Shown: piece by piece, positions 53,476 to 64,000 of the stretch
How positions within the stretch are numbered: position 1 is the first letter of the stretch
How the letters are laid out: every line of letters begins with the position of its first letter
Source of the DNA: Octopus vulgaris
Taxonomy: Eukaryota
DNA length: 64,000 bases
Assembly (NCBI GenBank): GCA_951406725.2
Contig: OX597822.1
Location: 106,082,001 to 106,146,000 of the forward strand
Direction of reading: 5' to 3'
Program-made: the position numbers and the translations under genes
The notes under the pieces: model-generated
What the model was told of the DNA's origin: nothing
Database searches by the model: none
Seen by the model: the letters and a program-made list of their open reading frames with translations, nothing else

Positions 53476-54819
53476 GTGTACGTGTGTGTATGTATGTACA
53501 CGTGAGAAATTATATATATATACATGTGTGTGTATGCTATAAATAGACTACAACTACCTGAAAATTACCTTTTGTCGCGAAATATGATATTTATCAATTG
53601 TTATTAGATTTATAAATAACTTACTGATAGTTACTCGTTGATAAAAATAATATATCGAATAGGGGTAATTTTTAAAAGATTATTCTGCATTCACAAAAAT
53701 TAATGTCTAGGAATAAAAGCATATGGAATCACCTTTGCGCTCTTGTCGTTTATATTCGGAAATATGACATTTGTTCGAACGCAAGACTTACCAGTCTAAG
53801 ATAGAGCACATTTTTAAAATGGTATTAAAAGGCTAGAGGTCCAATTTATTTCCGAGGTCAAAGCTAGAGGCCCAATTTATTTCCAAGAGTCCACCAACCA
53901 TACATAAGATCATCCAATTCAATGAGATTACAAAACAATTTAGCAATAGAAGCATTCAACTGTTCTTTATCTCTTCTTCTATCTTTTTTTTCTTCTCATT
54001 GCTAATTGTTGTTTTAGTTTAATTTATTCTTTCATAAGATGGCTATTACATACCTCCCTCTTTAAACTGATTAAGTCAGTATGCAAAATAAAGTCAAGCG
54101 AGGACTTCCTTTCCCCAAATCCCAAACCATATTCCAATCCCCATATGCTGACCCTGCGACCAAGCCGATAACAGTGCTTCATTTTCTATACGCTAATTGA
54201 AGGAGCAATGACCAAAAGTTTGGATTATCACATTTCGCAGCATATCAGCCTATCAAAACTCTTCTGGACCTTTGTGATCATGTTCATAATTAGAATTGCA
54301 AAATTATTGTTATTGGTCTCTAAAGTTCAAATCTTGTAGCATTTCACAAAATTTATGTCATTAACTTTTAACGCCAGACGGCCCTGTGATAAAATAGGCT
54401 CCTTGCATGATAATTCTCAGGCATCATAAATCCAATATTACATCTTGTTTAAACAATATTGTGAAATATGAAGAACAATTATCTGCTACTTCTGGCATAT
54501 CGAGCGACCACAATATGGTTGTTATATTTCTCTAAAGCTAACTAATTTTCCCTTGCAATACTATTAAAGTTCTTAATTGCTTACATGAATTATTAAACTA
54601 AGGGGGAATTTTATCTCAAAGATGAGCCACTGAGATCACATTATTCACAATATTTTCAAAATTTAATTAATGAAGTAAAATATTAGTCGAGTTCCTCATT
54701 GTGAATAGAATGTTCTAAATTACATGCTTCTTGAAATATCGCACCATTTTAAAGCATAAAATGTATTTTACCACCAGCAATTACTGCAAATATTTGCGTT
54801 TCACTCTTCTTCAATATGT

Positions 54820-54899
<80 letters not shown>

Positions 54900-54935
54900 T
54901 ATATATATGAATATATATATGATTGTATGAATGAA

Positions 54936-54989
<54 letters not shown>

Positions 54990-55732
54990 CATGTATGTAT
55001 GTATTACGTATGTATGTATATTAATCATGTATTTTTAACAGATGAAAACAGAGCCAAGAGGACAGTTTTTCATGATTTCTATGTGATGACATTTATGCAA
55101 TTTCTCTTTCCGCCAGAATTTGATTGCTTTTTACTTTACTGTAACCAAGCAATCATTTTTTTTTATGTTCTTTCTGTTGTAGGTTTTAAAAGGCTTCCCT
55201 GAATGTTTACAAGCGGATATTTGCCTGCACTTGAACAGAAATCTTCTCAATAATGCAGCGGCCTTTAAAAACGCCAGCGAAGGTAACACAAATGTTTTGA
55301 TATCATTTCAGACATCATAAACACGAAACAAAATCATTTCGTATTTCTCATATTAGAAATTTCCTGTTTGCTTTAGACAAAGATTTCAATTTTAATATAT
55401 TAGTATAACTATTGGTTTAAAACAGACAAAAACTAATTATTATTATCAATTCTGCAAATTGTATAATGTTTGTATATAACAATAGACAATAAAATTGTTT
55501 AGTTGGTTGGTTGATGGCTGGTTGGTTGGATGGTTTCTCCGGTCACGCTTACATTAGATAGAGTGAAAGAGAGAAGCCAAACATGAGATACCAAGCTAAT
55601 ATAAGAGGTATGGGATGTGCGCACACACTAGGCTTGTCGGCATATAATGAGTAAAGAAACACTATATTCACTGAGAGAGAATACCTCGTAGAGGCAGAGG
55701 AAAGGGAGTAATTGGTAGAGGACTTATACAAA

Positions 55733-56245
55733 TCTATATATATAAAACTGTAGTTCTGTGAGTGTCTGTCCCCTTCGATTTAGATTCCTAACTACTCCCA
55801 CATTTTGCGGTGCAGTTTAACAAAATTCGGGTATCTTATAGTCGTGATTCATATCGAGCCCGTCTGGCTATTAGCGCACGTCTACGATGAGTCTACGATT
55901 TTTTAAATAATTTAACATCATTTTTTATTCCATTTTAATGCATAATTTTTCGTGTGTCGATGGCGGCGGAGTTGGCGTCCATGGTCACACCTGCACCTGT
56001 TTGCTTCTCCCCATTCTTCCCTCCCTCGTGAAGCTGTGGGGAAGGGAGTGTAAGGAAATCAGCGTCGTAAAGCGTTGTCAAGGAGACCAGCGTTCTTTTA
56101 GAACAACGACTTCATGGCTTGAAAACACCAAAACAGAAACGGCTAAGAAAGCCCGAATTGGCATCCATAAGGGAAGTAACTCTCTAAAAATGCTTATATA
56201 GTTATTTCCCTTACAAACCCGAGCAACGCCGGGCGATACTGCTAG
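55733..56245 (+). mobile_element. Complete non-autonomous Helitron
   Basis: A|TCTATATATATAAAA 5' end; 3' hairpin cccgagcaacgccggg then gCTAG|T; inserted at an AT dinucleotide with no TSD. Confidence 0.88.
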
Positions 56246-56419
56246 TGAGAAATAAAAAATTGTTCTCCGTAGACAGAATTCAACAGCGATTACTATTTTC
56301 AAGTTCGAATCTACTAGAATATATTAAGAATAAATATTGCGTCATTGCTTTGTTTTACTCAATTTTACTTTAAGATAATAATTGTTTTTCGCTTGAAAAT
56401 TATTGTTCATTTCATCATA

Positions 56420-56787
56420 TTTATATATATAAACGACAAAATGTCTGTGTGTGTGTGTGTGTCCTTTATACAAATCCACAATTTTTCAGTTAGAGGGCTC
56501 GCACTTTCTATGGTCATTCAAAACCGTCCGAGGGTGGTTGTGCACATTATTACATTTCCCCAGTCACCCGGCAAAGCCATTAAAAAATCAATAGAACTTA
56601 CTTATTTGTGAATTTTCTATCCAAAACCCAATCAAAATGCCCGGAACTTGATACGCCAATTGAATGCCAGCTAGCTGTATGTGATTGGTCAGAGATTTGA
56701 ACAGTACTCGCGTATATGTGCGCACGCACGCAGCTGTATATGCATGCACTAGCACTATGACCCGGCGTTGCCGGGTCATAGTGCTAG
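56420..56787 (+). mobile_element. Second non-autonomous Helitron-type element
   Basis: 5' a|tttatatatataaac (TC start presumably decayed); 3' 19-bp perfect hairpin ending CTAG|T. Confidence 0.78.
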
Positions 56788-58578
56788 TTTTGTATAAGAA
56801 TCAAGAATTTTTATGAAAGTTAAATTATGATTCTTATGCGTATACCCATATTTCTCGTATATGACTCATGGTATCAAAGGCATGCTTTCAAAGTTACTTG
56901 TCATCTGCCGGAAAACACTTTAGCAGATATATATAATATATAATATCAGACTTTTAAAAATATTCGGATTTTAGATTTATGATCGAAATGTGATGAAACG
57001 GTTGGTGAATATAGGGTAAAGTTTCTGATAAATTTACTGTATCCTCTCTGAATTATTGATATTGAGAAAAACAAGTATGGAAGCTTTTCATAAAATAAAA
57101 GCAGTTTCCGCAATTGTAAGATATATTACATTTTGGTTATAAACAGGTTATTATAGTTCACATATATTTCTAAACTGAAATTAGACTTGTTTTATTTGCT
57201 TTTGGCGTCAGATATCTCATCAGCCTCCGTTGCAGCACATCAATTACATTTCTACCACAAGCAATATGGAAATCAGTTGTTATCTCCATATAGATTTGTT
57301 ATATCAAAATATTGAAATGGTTCAAATAATTGCTTTATACTGTTATTGTATTGGATAAGCATCTAATGCATTATTATTGATCATATGGCAGTTTTTACAA
57401 CAGTAATTATTGACAATGAACCTGGGTAAAATAAGTGATGATCGAATTGTTTTTATCAGTTTCCTTCTCTGTTCTGATTTAATATTTTTATTCATCTATG
57501 TATACATTGATTTTGCAATAATCAACACAACTTTGACGGTCAGGCCAAAGGACAAATAACGAAAAAAAGAAAAAAACAAACACATTTGGTGTGCAGTGTT
57601 TGCATGAAGTCATTACCAATTTTAACTCAGACAACCAATCCTCTTTCCTTGTTTAAAGATATTATTGAAAGTGTTTTATTGCATTATTTAGTTGTGTAAT
57701 TCTGTATATCCGTTCGGATACCGCTGGAACACAGACAATGTTTAAACTAGCTTCACTGGAAATTTCTAAAAATACCTTTTACTTTTTTTGTTTCTTTGCT
57801 TTTTTTTTTTTTTTTTGCAAATTTCTATAGACTGTTAATTAATGATGCGAATATAAAGATATATGGCTACCGCATCCACCAGTGGCAAAAGCTCATGAAA
57901 TGAAATAGGATACAGCACAAAATAACGGGTTATATAACATCAAAGACTTATAGATCGTATTCAACAATTAGATTGAACAATTAATCTCGTTAACACCTGA
58001 TTCATGTTTAATGAAATTCCATTCGAAAAATAAGTGATCAGCGGATGTTAATACTCCATTAGAAAACTAATAAGAGTCTTAAGTGTAAAATCTCTATTTC
58101 AGAGATTTTTACTCTGACGAATTCTAACAAACTTTAAACAGTTTATCGAAAGCTCGTTGTGATTCTTCACATTGTGCCTCTTGATATGAAACGATACATC
58201 ATTAACATCAGAAGAGCTAATTTTCATGAAGTTTTCAAGAATTCTAGAATTGAAAGTAGTTTGAAAACAAGCGACATGAAACGTTGGGGTGGTGTTATAT
58301 ATTTTGGTGGTGTTAACTGGATTTGTAGGTTATGTTTTACCTTGAGGTCAGATACCAAATTATAAACTATTTTATTTAAATATAATATTTAAACCAATTA
58401 TTTGGAAAACAACCATACTCTTTATACTAATAAAACTGAATACTTTTGATAATATCTATATAATAATTACTCCTAAAAATATATAATAAAAAAAAAGGCC
58501 GAAGGAATTGAATAATAAGTAAACAGCATTCACTTCACCAAGAATTTTAATATACTTTATCAATAATATATTTATAAA

Positions 58579-59165
58579 GGCAATGAGCTTCCAGAATCGT
58601 TAGTACACCGGACAAAATGCTTAGCGGCGTTTCATTGGTCTTTACGTTCTGATCTGAAATTCCGACTTTGCTTTTCATCCTTCTCGGGGTTGTTGAACCT
58701 TGTATCGGTGTCATTGACTAGCTCCCTTCTCCAACTAATGCCAGGCCTTATGCATGTATTAGAAGTATTGATATATTTAAGGTAGCGAGCTGGCAGAATT
58801 GTTAGCAGGCCGGACAGAATGTTTAACGGCATTTCGTCCGTTTTTATGTTCTGAGTTCAAATTCCGCCGAAGTTGAGTTTACTTTTCATCCTTTCGGGGT
58901 CGATAAAATAAGTACCAGTTGAGATCTGGGATCAAGGCAATCGGCTTACCCGCTCCCCTGAAATTGCTGGTCTTGTACCAAAATTCGAAACCAATATAGT
59001 TTAAGACTATTTAAAGCATAGAGAGCGAATTGGTAGAGGTGAGCAAACTGCTTGGCGGTATTTCTAACAACTCTCTGCGCTTTGAGTTCAAATCCTGCCC
59101 AGGTCAACTATAATTTTCATTCTTTCGATGCGTATAAAAAGCTTATCAGTCCATGGAGCTGGACT
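58579..59165 (+). mobile_element. Three head-to-tail SINE family B copies of differing decay
   Basis: Heads at about 58579, 58781 and 59025; each has a tttcat(c/t)ct core. Confidence 0.82.
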
Positions 59166-59915
59166 GATGGAAGTATTTGCACAGAAACCTTGCGTTATGA
59201 ATTCGAATCTCGCATGGTCTGCCCGTCAACCTGTTTAACATCACTACCTGGCACCTTGGGTAACGTCAGCGGATGCCACTCATTTGGAAATATTGGGACC
59301 TTGTTTGAGGTTAACCTTCTCTTCTCTGATGCCCACCAGCTTCAGAGATCCTATAATAACTTCCTAAATAAAATGCTATACTGTCTAATAAATTTGACAC
59401 TTTAAAGCAGAGTTGTCAATCGTTCAGACCAAACGCTTCGTAGGAAAGAGATGAGTGTTTACTAATTAGTAGACAATTATATACGTCATTAATTGTTTTT
59501 AATTCCATGTAAGTACTGATCGAACAGACCAATGAACAAAGGTATTCTGACTTTCGCCATCTTGTATTTTACCTGCTATGATAAAGAACACAAAAAATTG
59601 TTTGAGATTTTTTACTAAAAAAGTATTTATTTTTATCGGGAACAAAATAAACGTCGTTACTATCAACGAGAAACACCGGGATAATTCGAAGCTTATTGTT
59701 GTGTGAGCTACGTATGAATGTTGTTATTGTCGTAAGTTTCTTGATGTTAGCTGGTCATGGTCTGTTGCTGACGCCGCCGTTCATTGTTTTTTTTTATGTT
59801 ATGACAGCTCTCTGGTCTGCTGCCGGTTCACTGCAACTGTATACTGACTGCTGTCTGTCGTCTCTTCCTGCTGCTCAGAAAAAGCAGCGCCAAAGAGGAA
59901 ATTGTTATTAGATCC

Positions 59916-60146
59916 AGCGGCGAGCTAGCAGAGACGTTAGCGCGCCGGGCGAAATGCTTAGCAGTATTTCGTCTGCCGTTGCGTTCTGAGTTCAAATTCC
60001 GCCGAGGTCCGCTTTGCCTTTCATCCTTTCGGGGTTGATAAATAAAGTACCAGTTATGCACTGGGGTCGATGTAATAGACTTAATCCCTTTGTCTGTCTT
60101 TGCTTGTCGCCTCTATGTTTAGCCCCTTGTGAGCAATAAAGAAATA
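59916..60146 (+). mobile_element. SINE family B, full length with TSD
   Basis: TSD TATTAGATCC at 59906-59915 and 60147-60156. Confidence 0.93.
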
Positions 60147-60164
60147 TATTAGATCCGGTTCCAC

Positions 60165-60455
60165 ACTGCGGAATTTGAACTCAGGACCTAAAGACGAAGC
60201 ATTCTATCCGGCGTGCTAGCGATTCTGCCAGGTCACTGCCTTGTTTTACTTTAATATTAACACAACATAAGGCGGCAAACCAGCAGAATCACTACTGTAC
60301 CGGAATAAATCCTTAGCCGCATTTCTTCCAAAATTACGTTCAGAGTTCATCCTCGTGGGGTCGATAAAAGAACTACCTGCTGAAAACTGAGTCGATGTAA
60401 TCATCTTACTTCTTTCCCCGAAATTGTTGGCCTTGTGCCAAAATCTAAAACCAAT
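60165..60455. mobile_element. Two decayed SINE B copies head-to-head (60165-60243 minus, 60270-60455 plus)
   Basis: gcggaatttgaactcag...gattctgccag; ggcggcaaaccagcagaatc...ggggtcgataaaag. Confidence 0.7.
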
Positions 60456-60849
60456 ATTATCACAATACTTCTCGCAAATATTTAAAAGCGTAGACTGCAA
60501 AACTATCAATATTGGACTAAGCTTTAAATTTTATTCTCATTAATAACCCAAAGTAAAACTTGGTGTACAGATGTGCAGATGAACAACGACGGTTTAGAAT
60601 GGAAAATATGATTTTAAGAAAAATAGAGCTATAGCTTATAGCTGAGCTTTGAACTTGCTTCCCCAGGTTATCGACGACATCAAAAATGAGAGAAAAACTT
60701 TATATAGAACATAGTTACGAGTGTGTGTATATGTATATATGTGTCTATTAAGTGTGCGTAATATGTTTGTGCGTGTTATATGTATATATATATATATGTG
60801 TGTGTGTAGAGAGAGAGAGAGAGGGGGGAGACGGACAGACAGATATGCA

Positions 60850-61030
60850 AATCAAAAATAAAAACAAAAACAACAAAAGTGAAAAGACGTATACAGTGAA
60901 TGTATTAGGTTGATATTCAGTTTAAGATGATAAAAAGAGTGGGTTTGGGAAGTTTCGAGCATGACTCTTCGTCGGAAAGTTCCGGAGAGATGGAAAAGAA
61001 TATTCCTAGAACAGCACGTGTATGGTTACA
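60850..61030 (-). mobile_element. Family E-related insert with hammerhead variant
   Basis: Minus: ttt-CCGACGA-A-GAGT-CAT-GCTC-GAAAC-TTC (60947-60979). Confidence 0.55.
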
Positions 61031-61332
61031 TGACTAAGTTGGAGTCTACAAGAAAGACTACAGTTGGACATTTATTATTTGTAAGAACTATAATTTTTTC
61101 CACGCAACGTAGTTCTTCGGGATTTGCAGGTATTTGGTTATGTAAACTTTTCCAAATCTAGCAGCACGTATAATAACACCGGGTGAAATCTGAAGGGGGA
61201 TGAGCCTTATACTGTACAGTACTACGTTCTTAAAATGATATAGTATAGCTATATATATATATATACTTATAATATAATATAATATAATTTATAATATAAC
61301 TGCATACATACATACATATATATATATATATA

Positions 61333-61364
<32 letters not shown>

Positions 61365-61367
<3 letters not shown>

Positions 61368-61679
61368 TAAAAGCAATTCAGATTCAAGTGAGTTCTGTTG
61401 AATTCACATGAATGAGGTACTTAACTTAGATGCATCAAAAATCTATATGGTATTAACCATAAGAAAATGCGGGGTGATTATAAGCAAGAAAAAAGCAACA
61501 AAAATGGATCAATATTTCGGTACAATTGTTTCGTACGAAGACCACCTTTATTAAGGCTGCAAATATTGCAGCAAGTACAGGTCACGTGTATTTGCTGCAA
61601 TATTTGCAGCCTTAATAAAGGTGGTCTTCGTACGAAACAATTGTACCGAAATATTGATCCATTTTTGTTGCTTTTTTCT

Positions 61680-61681
<2 letters not shown>
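61365..61681. mobile_element. Asymmetric fold-back insert in (TA)n: 95-bp arms, 7-nt loop, 120-bp extension
   Basis: 61485-61579 is the reverse complement of 61587-61681 (1 mismatch). The arms carry GAAACAATTGTA (61634-61645), resembling a hammerhead 3' half. Confidence 0.85.
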
Positions 61682-61718
<37 letters not shown>

Positions 61719-61720
<2 letters not shown>

Positions 61721-61980
61721 CTAATGTAGGATAACATTTTTTTCGAAAAAAAAATTTATCCATGGCCAGCATATCAAAAAATACCTTTAAAGGTTAAATT
61801 TATAAATAACTTACAAAATAAGGGCAAAAGAAAAATACTAATGCCAAATATGCCGAAAAAAGACAAAATTGTCAATAACCATTATAATTTATGCGCATAA
61901 ATTATAATGGTTATTGACAATTTTTGTCTTTTTTCGGCATATTTGGCATCAGAATTTTTCTTTTGCCCTTATTTTGTAAG

Positions 61981-61984
<4 letters not shown>
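61719..61984. mobile_element. Asymmetric fold-back insert in (TA)n: loopless ~179-bp palindrome plus extension
   Basis: 61806-61984 is palindromic about ATGCGCAT (61891-61898), with 2 mismatches and a 1-nt indel. Confidence 0.85.
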
Positions 61985-62016
<32 letters not shown>

Positions 62017-62366
62017 CGTATGTCATATTCAAAAATGTAACAAGTTGAGTAGTGAGTACTTACTGAAACTTTATACAATGCTTTTCTCTTTTTAAATCAT
62101 TCGATTAAATATTCTTTACATTCTTTTTTAACATTTCGAAATTACAACAATTTAATCTTAGATGAATCATAGTTATAATAAAAAAAATAATCTCAACTCC
62201 ATTTATATCTGGAGTTCGATGCAGTTATAAATAGGTTAAGAAATTCTCGCAAGTCATTCGGTTTTAATTAACCTTAAATTTATACATATAAGCATTGTTG
62301 AGAAAAATTATATGTAGAATCTTAAATAAGATGCTGAAGGAAGATTGTCAAAAAATAATAATATAA

Positions 62367-62432
<66 letters not shown>

Positions 62433-62485
62433 GGACAGCCATACAGATATAGATAGATATATGTATATATATATATATGTATATA

Positions 62486-62546
<61 letters not shown>

Positions 62547-62817
62547 GTATATGTATACCTATATATGTATATAGATGTATATACAAATATACGTCTTCAG
62601 TGATATCCCTGGTATCATCGGACGTTTCGGATCTTTCAACGTCATTCACCCTCCTCCAGGTGACCTTATGGACGCCCAACCTTCCGCCTTCTTTTACATG
62701 GCTTAGAAATATTGGAGGACGGTTGCAATAAATGAGTGAGTCTGAGAGGGGTATGTGTTGGATAAAATCATTATTAACTGATCCTCCTGTATGATGTCCA
62801 TAACGATTTAGCTTTAT

Positions 62818-62867
<50 letters not shown>

Positions 62868-62879
62868 TTATACATATAC

Positions 62880-62919
<40 letters not shown>

Positions 62920-62931
62920 TTATACATATAC

Positions 62932-63003
<72 letters not shown>

Positions 63004-63876
63004 ACATATGCATATAGACGAATTCGGTTTTCTGCATGGTTATATTTTCTTTCCCAAACATTTCTTAAGAGAATATAATTCAATCAATTGCCATAGCACT
63101 CAAATCCTTAAACGCTAATATACTTATTTAAGAATCTGTAGAACGGACCGGAACGATACCAGTTTCTCTCACACTTGCGCAAGTGATAACATAAATAATC
63201 TCAAAATCAATGAAAGCCATGAAATGAAACGTTATCAATGTTTTACAATAATATAATGATAATTCCTCCAGCGGGTTTAAATCTAACTAATATTATAATT
63301 AACTTGATTCAAACACAGCGACAAAAGATATGGAAGTGTTGTAGAGAATGATAACTATAAAGCTGATCGTGTACTGTTTATATCGTAGCAAACTGGACAG
63401 GAAGGCGGTCGCTCGATGAATCTGAAATAGCAGTCAAGTCTTTCTCAGATCACAACTAAATGCAACTAAAACAATAACCTACGTATGTTTCGATTCTGGG
63501 CCCTTAATAATGCATAGTTTCGAACATTTATTTTACACTAATGCTTCGAACTATGCGTATATAAGGGTCCAGTATCGAAACATACGCAAGATTTTTGTAA
63601 GGTTTTTCTTAGTTTGCTTTTTTTCTTTTGGAAAATGCATTTGTATTCAAATTTTAACTTCAAACTATGATACTAATAAATTAAATATACATTCTCAACT
63701 CTCCATTTTCTAACCTTGATAATAATTCTTATAACAATCCTAAACATATCGTGGAGATTTTTTTCTAATATGAATTAAACCAGTGAAATTTTGTATTGAT
63801 TAATCTCTAATGAGGAAACGACATCCTTGAGATGACTGTATATATATATATATATATGTATATATAACAATTATCT

Positions 63877-64000
63877 GAGAGAGTATTTTTCCTAACTTAC
63901 AGGGAAAAATTCAATTTAGAAATACTAAATCAAATTTCACAAAATATAATATATATATATATAAATTAGAAAAAAAATACCTTTTACTAATTCAAAATGA
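63877..64000 (-). mobile_element. Family D-related end, cut by the window edge
   Basis: cctaacttacagggaaaaattcaatttagaaatactaaatcaaatttcacaaaata; matches 15275-15330. Confidence 0.75.

Noticed and set aside
53832-53884. 22-bp direct repeat with a 31-bp period, as a CRISPR-like array
   Set aside because: Only two units with a 9-bp spacer, in a eukaryotic context with no cas genes; a simple tandem duplication.
58113-58157. CTGACGA...GAAAGCTC hammerhead-like spacing
   Set aside because: No closing pair for stem II and no stem I complementarity.
62600-62665. Minus-strand CTGGAGGA...ATCC-GAAACGTC hammerhead-like motif
   Set aside because: The core has an extra G and stem I does not pair; at best a decayed remnant.

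Overview
This is AT-rich, repeat-saturated eukaryotic non-coding DNA. The SINE families and the (TA)n/(CA)n/(GATA)n load suggest a cephalopod, most likely Octopus (inference). I recognise no host protein-coding exon; nearly all ORF-track entries are microsatellite or SINE read-through. Contents: four SINE families (about 30 copies or fragments, three with target-site duplications); remnants of CR1-type, R4/Dong-type and Penelope (GIY-YIG) retroelements; several Tc1/mariner relics, including a 2.5-kb palindromic Tc1 derivative with a nested mariner; MITEs; and three non-autonomous Helitron-type 3' ends. The most striking signal is a set of about 9 asymmetric fold-back inserts sitting in or beside (TA)n tracts. 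Two of them carry complete type I hammerhead ribozyme folds (4301-4361 and 20011-20067). A separate dispersed family has five minimal hammerhead-like motifs with an extra A after the CUGANGA box. My reading is a (TA)n-targeted, ribozyme-bearing, Penelope-derived insertion system. All motifs and coordinates were read by eye; no database search or folding program was run.
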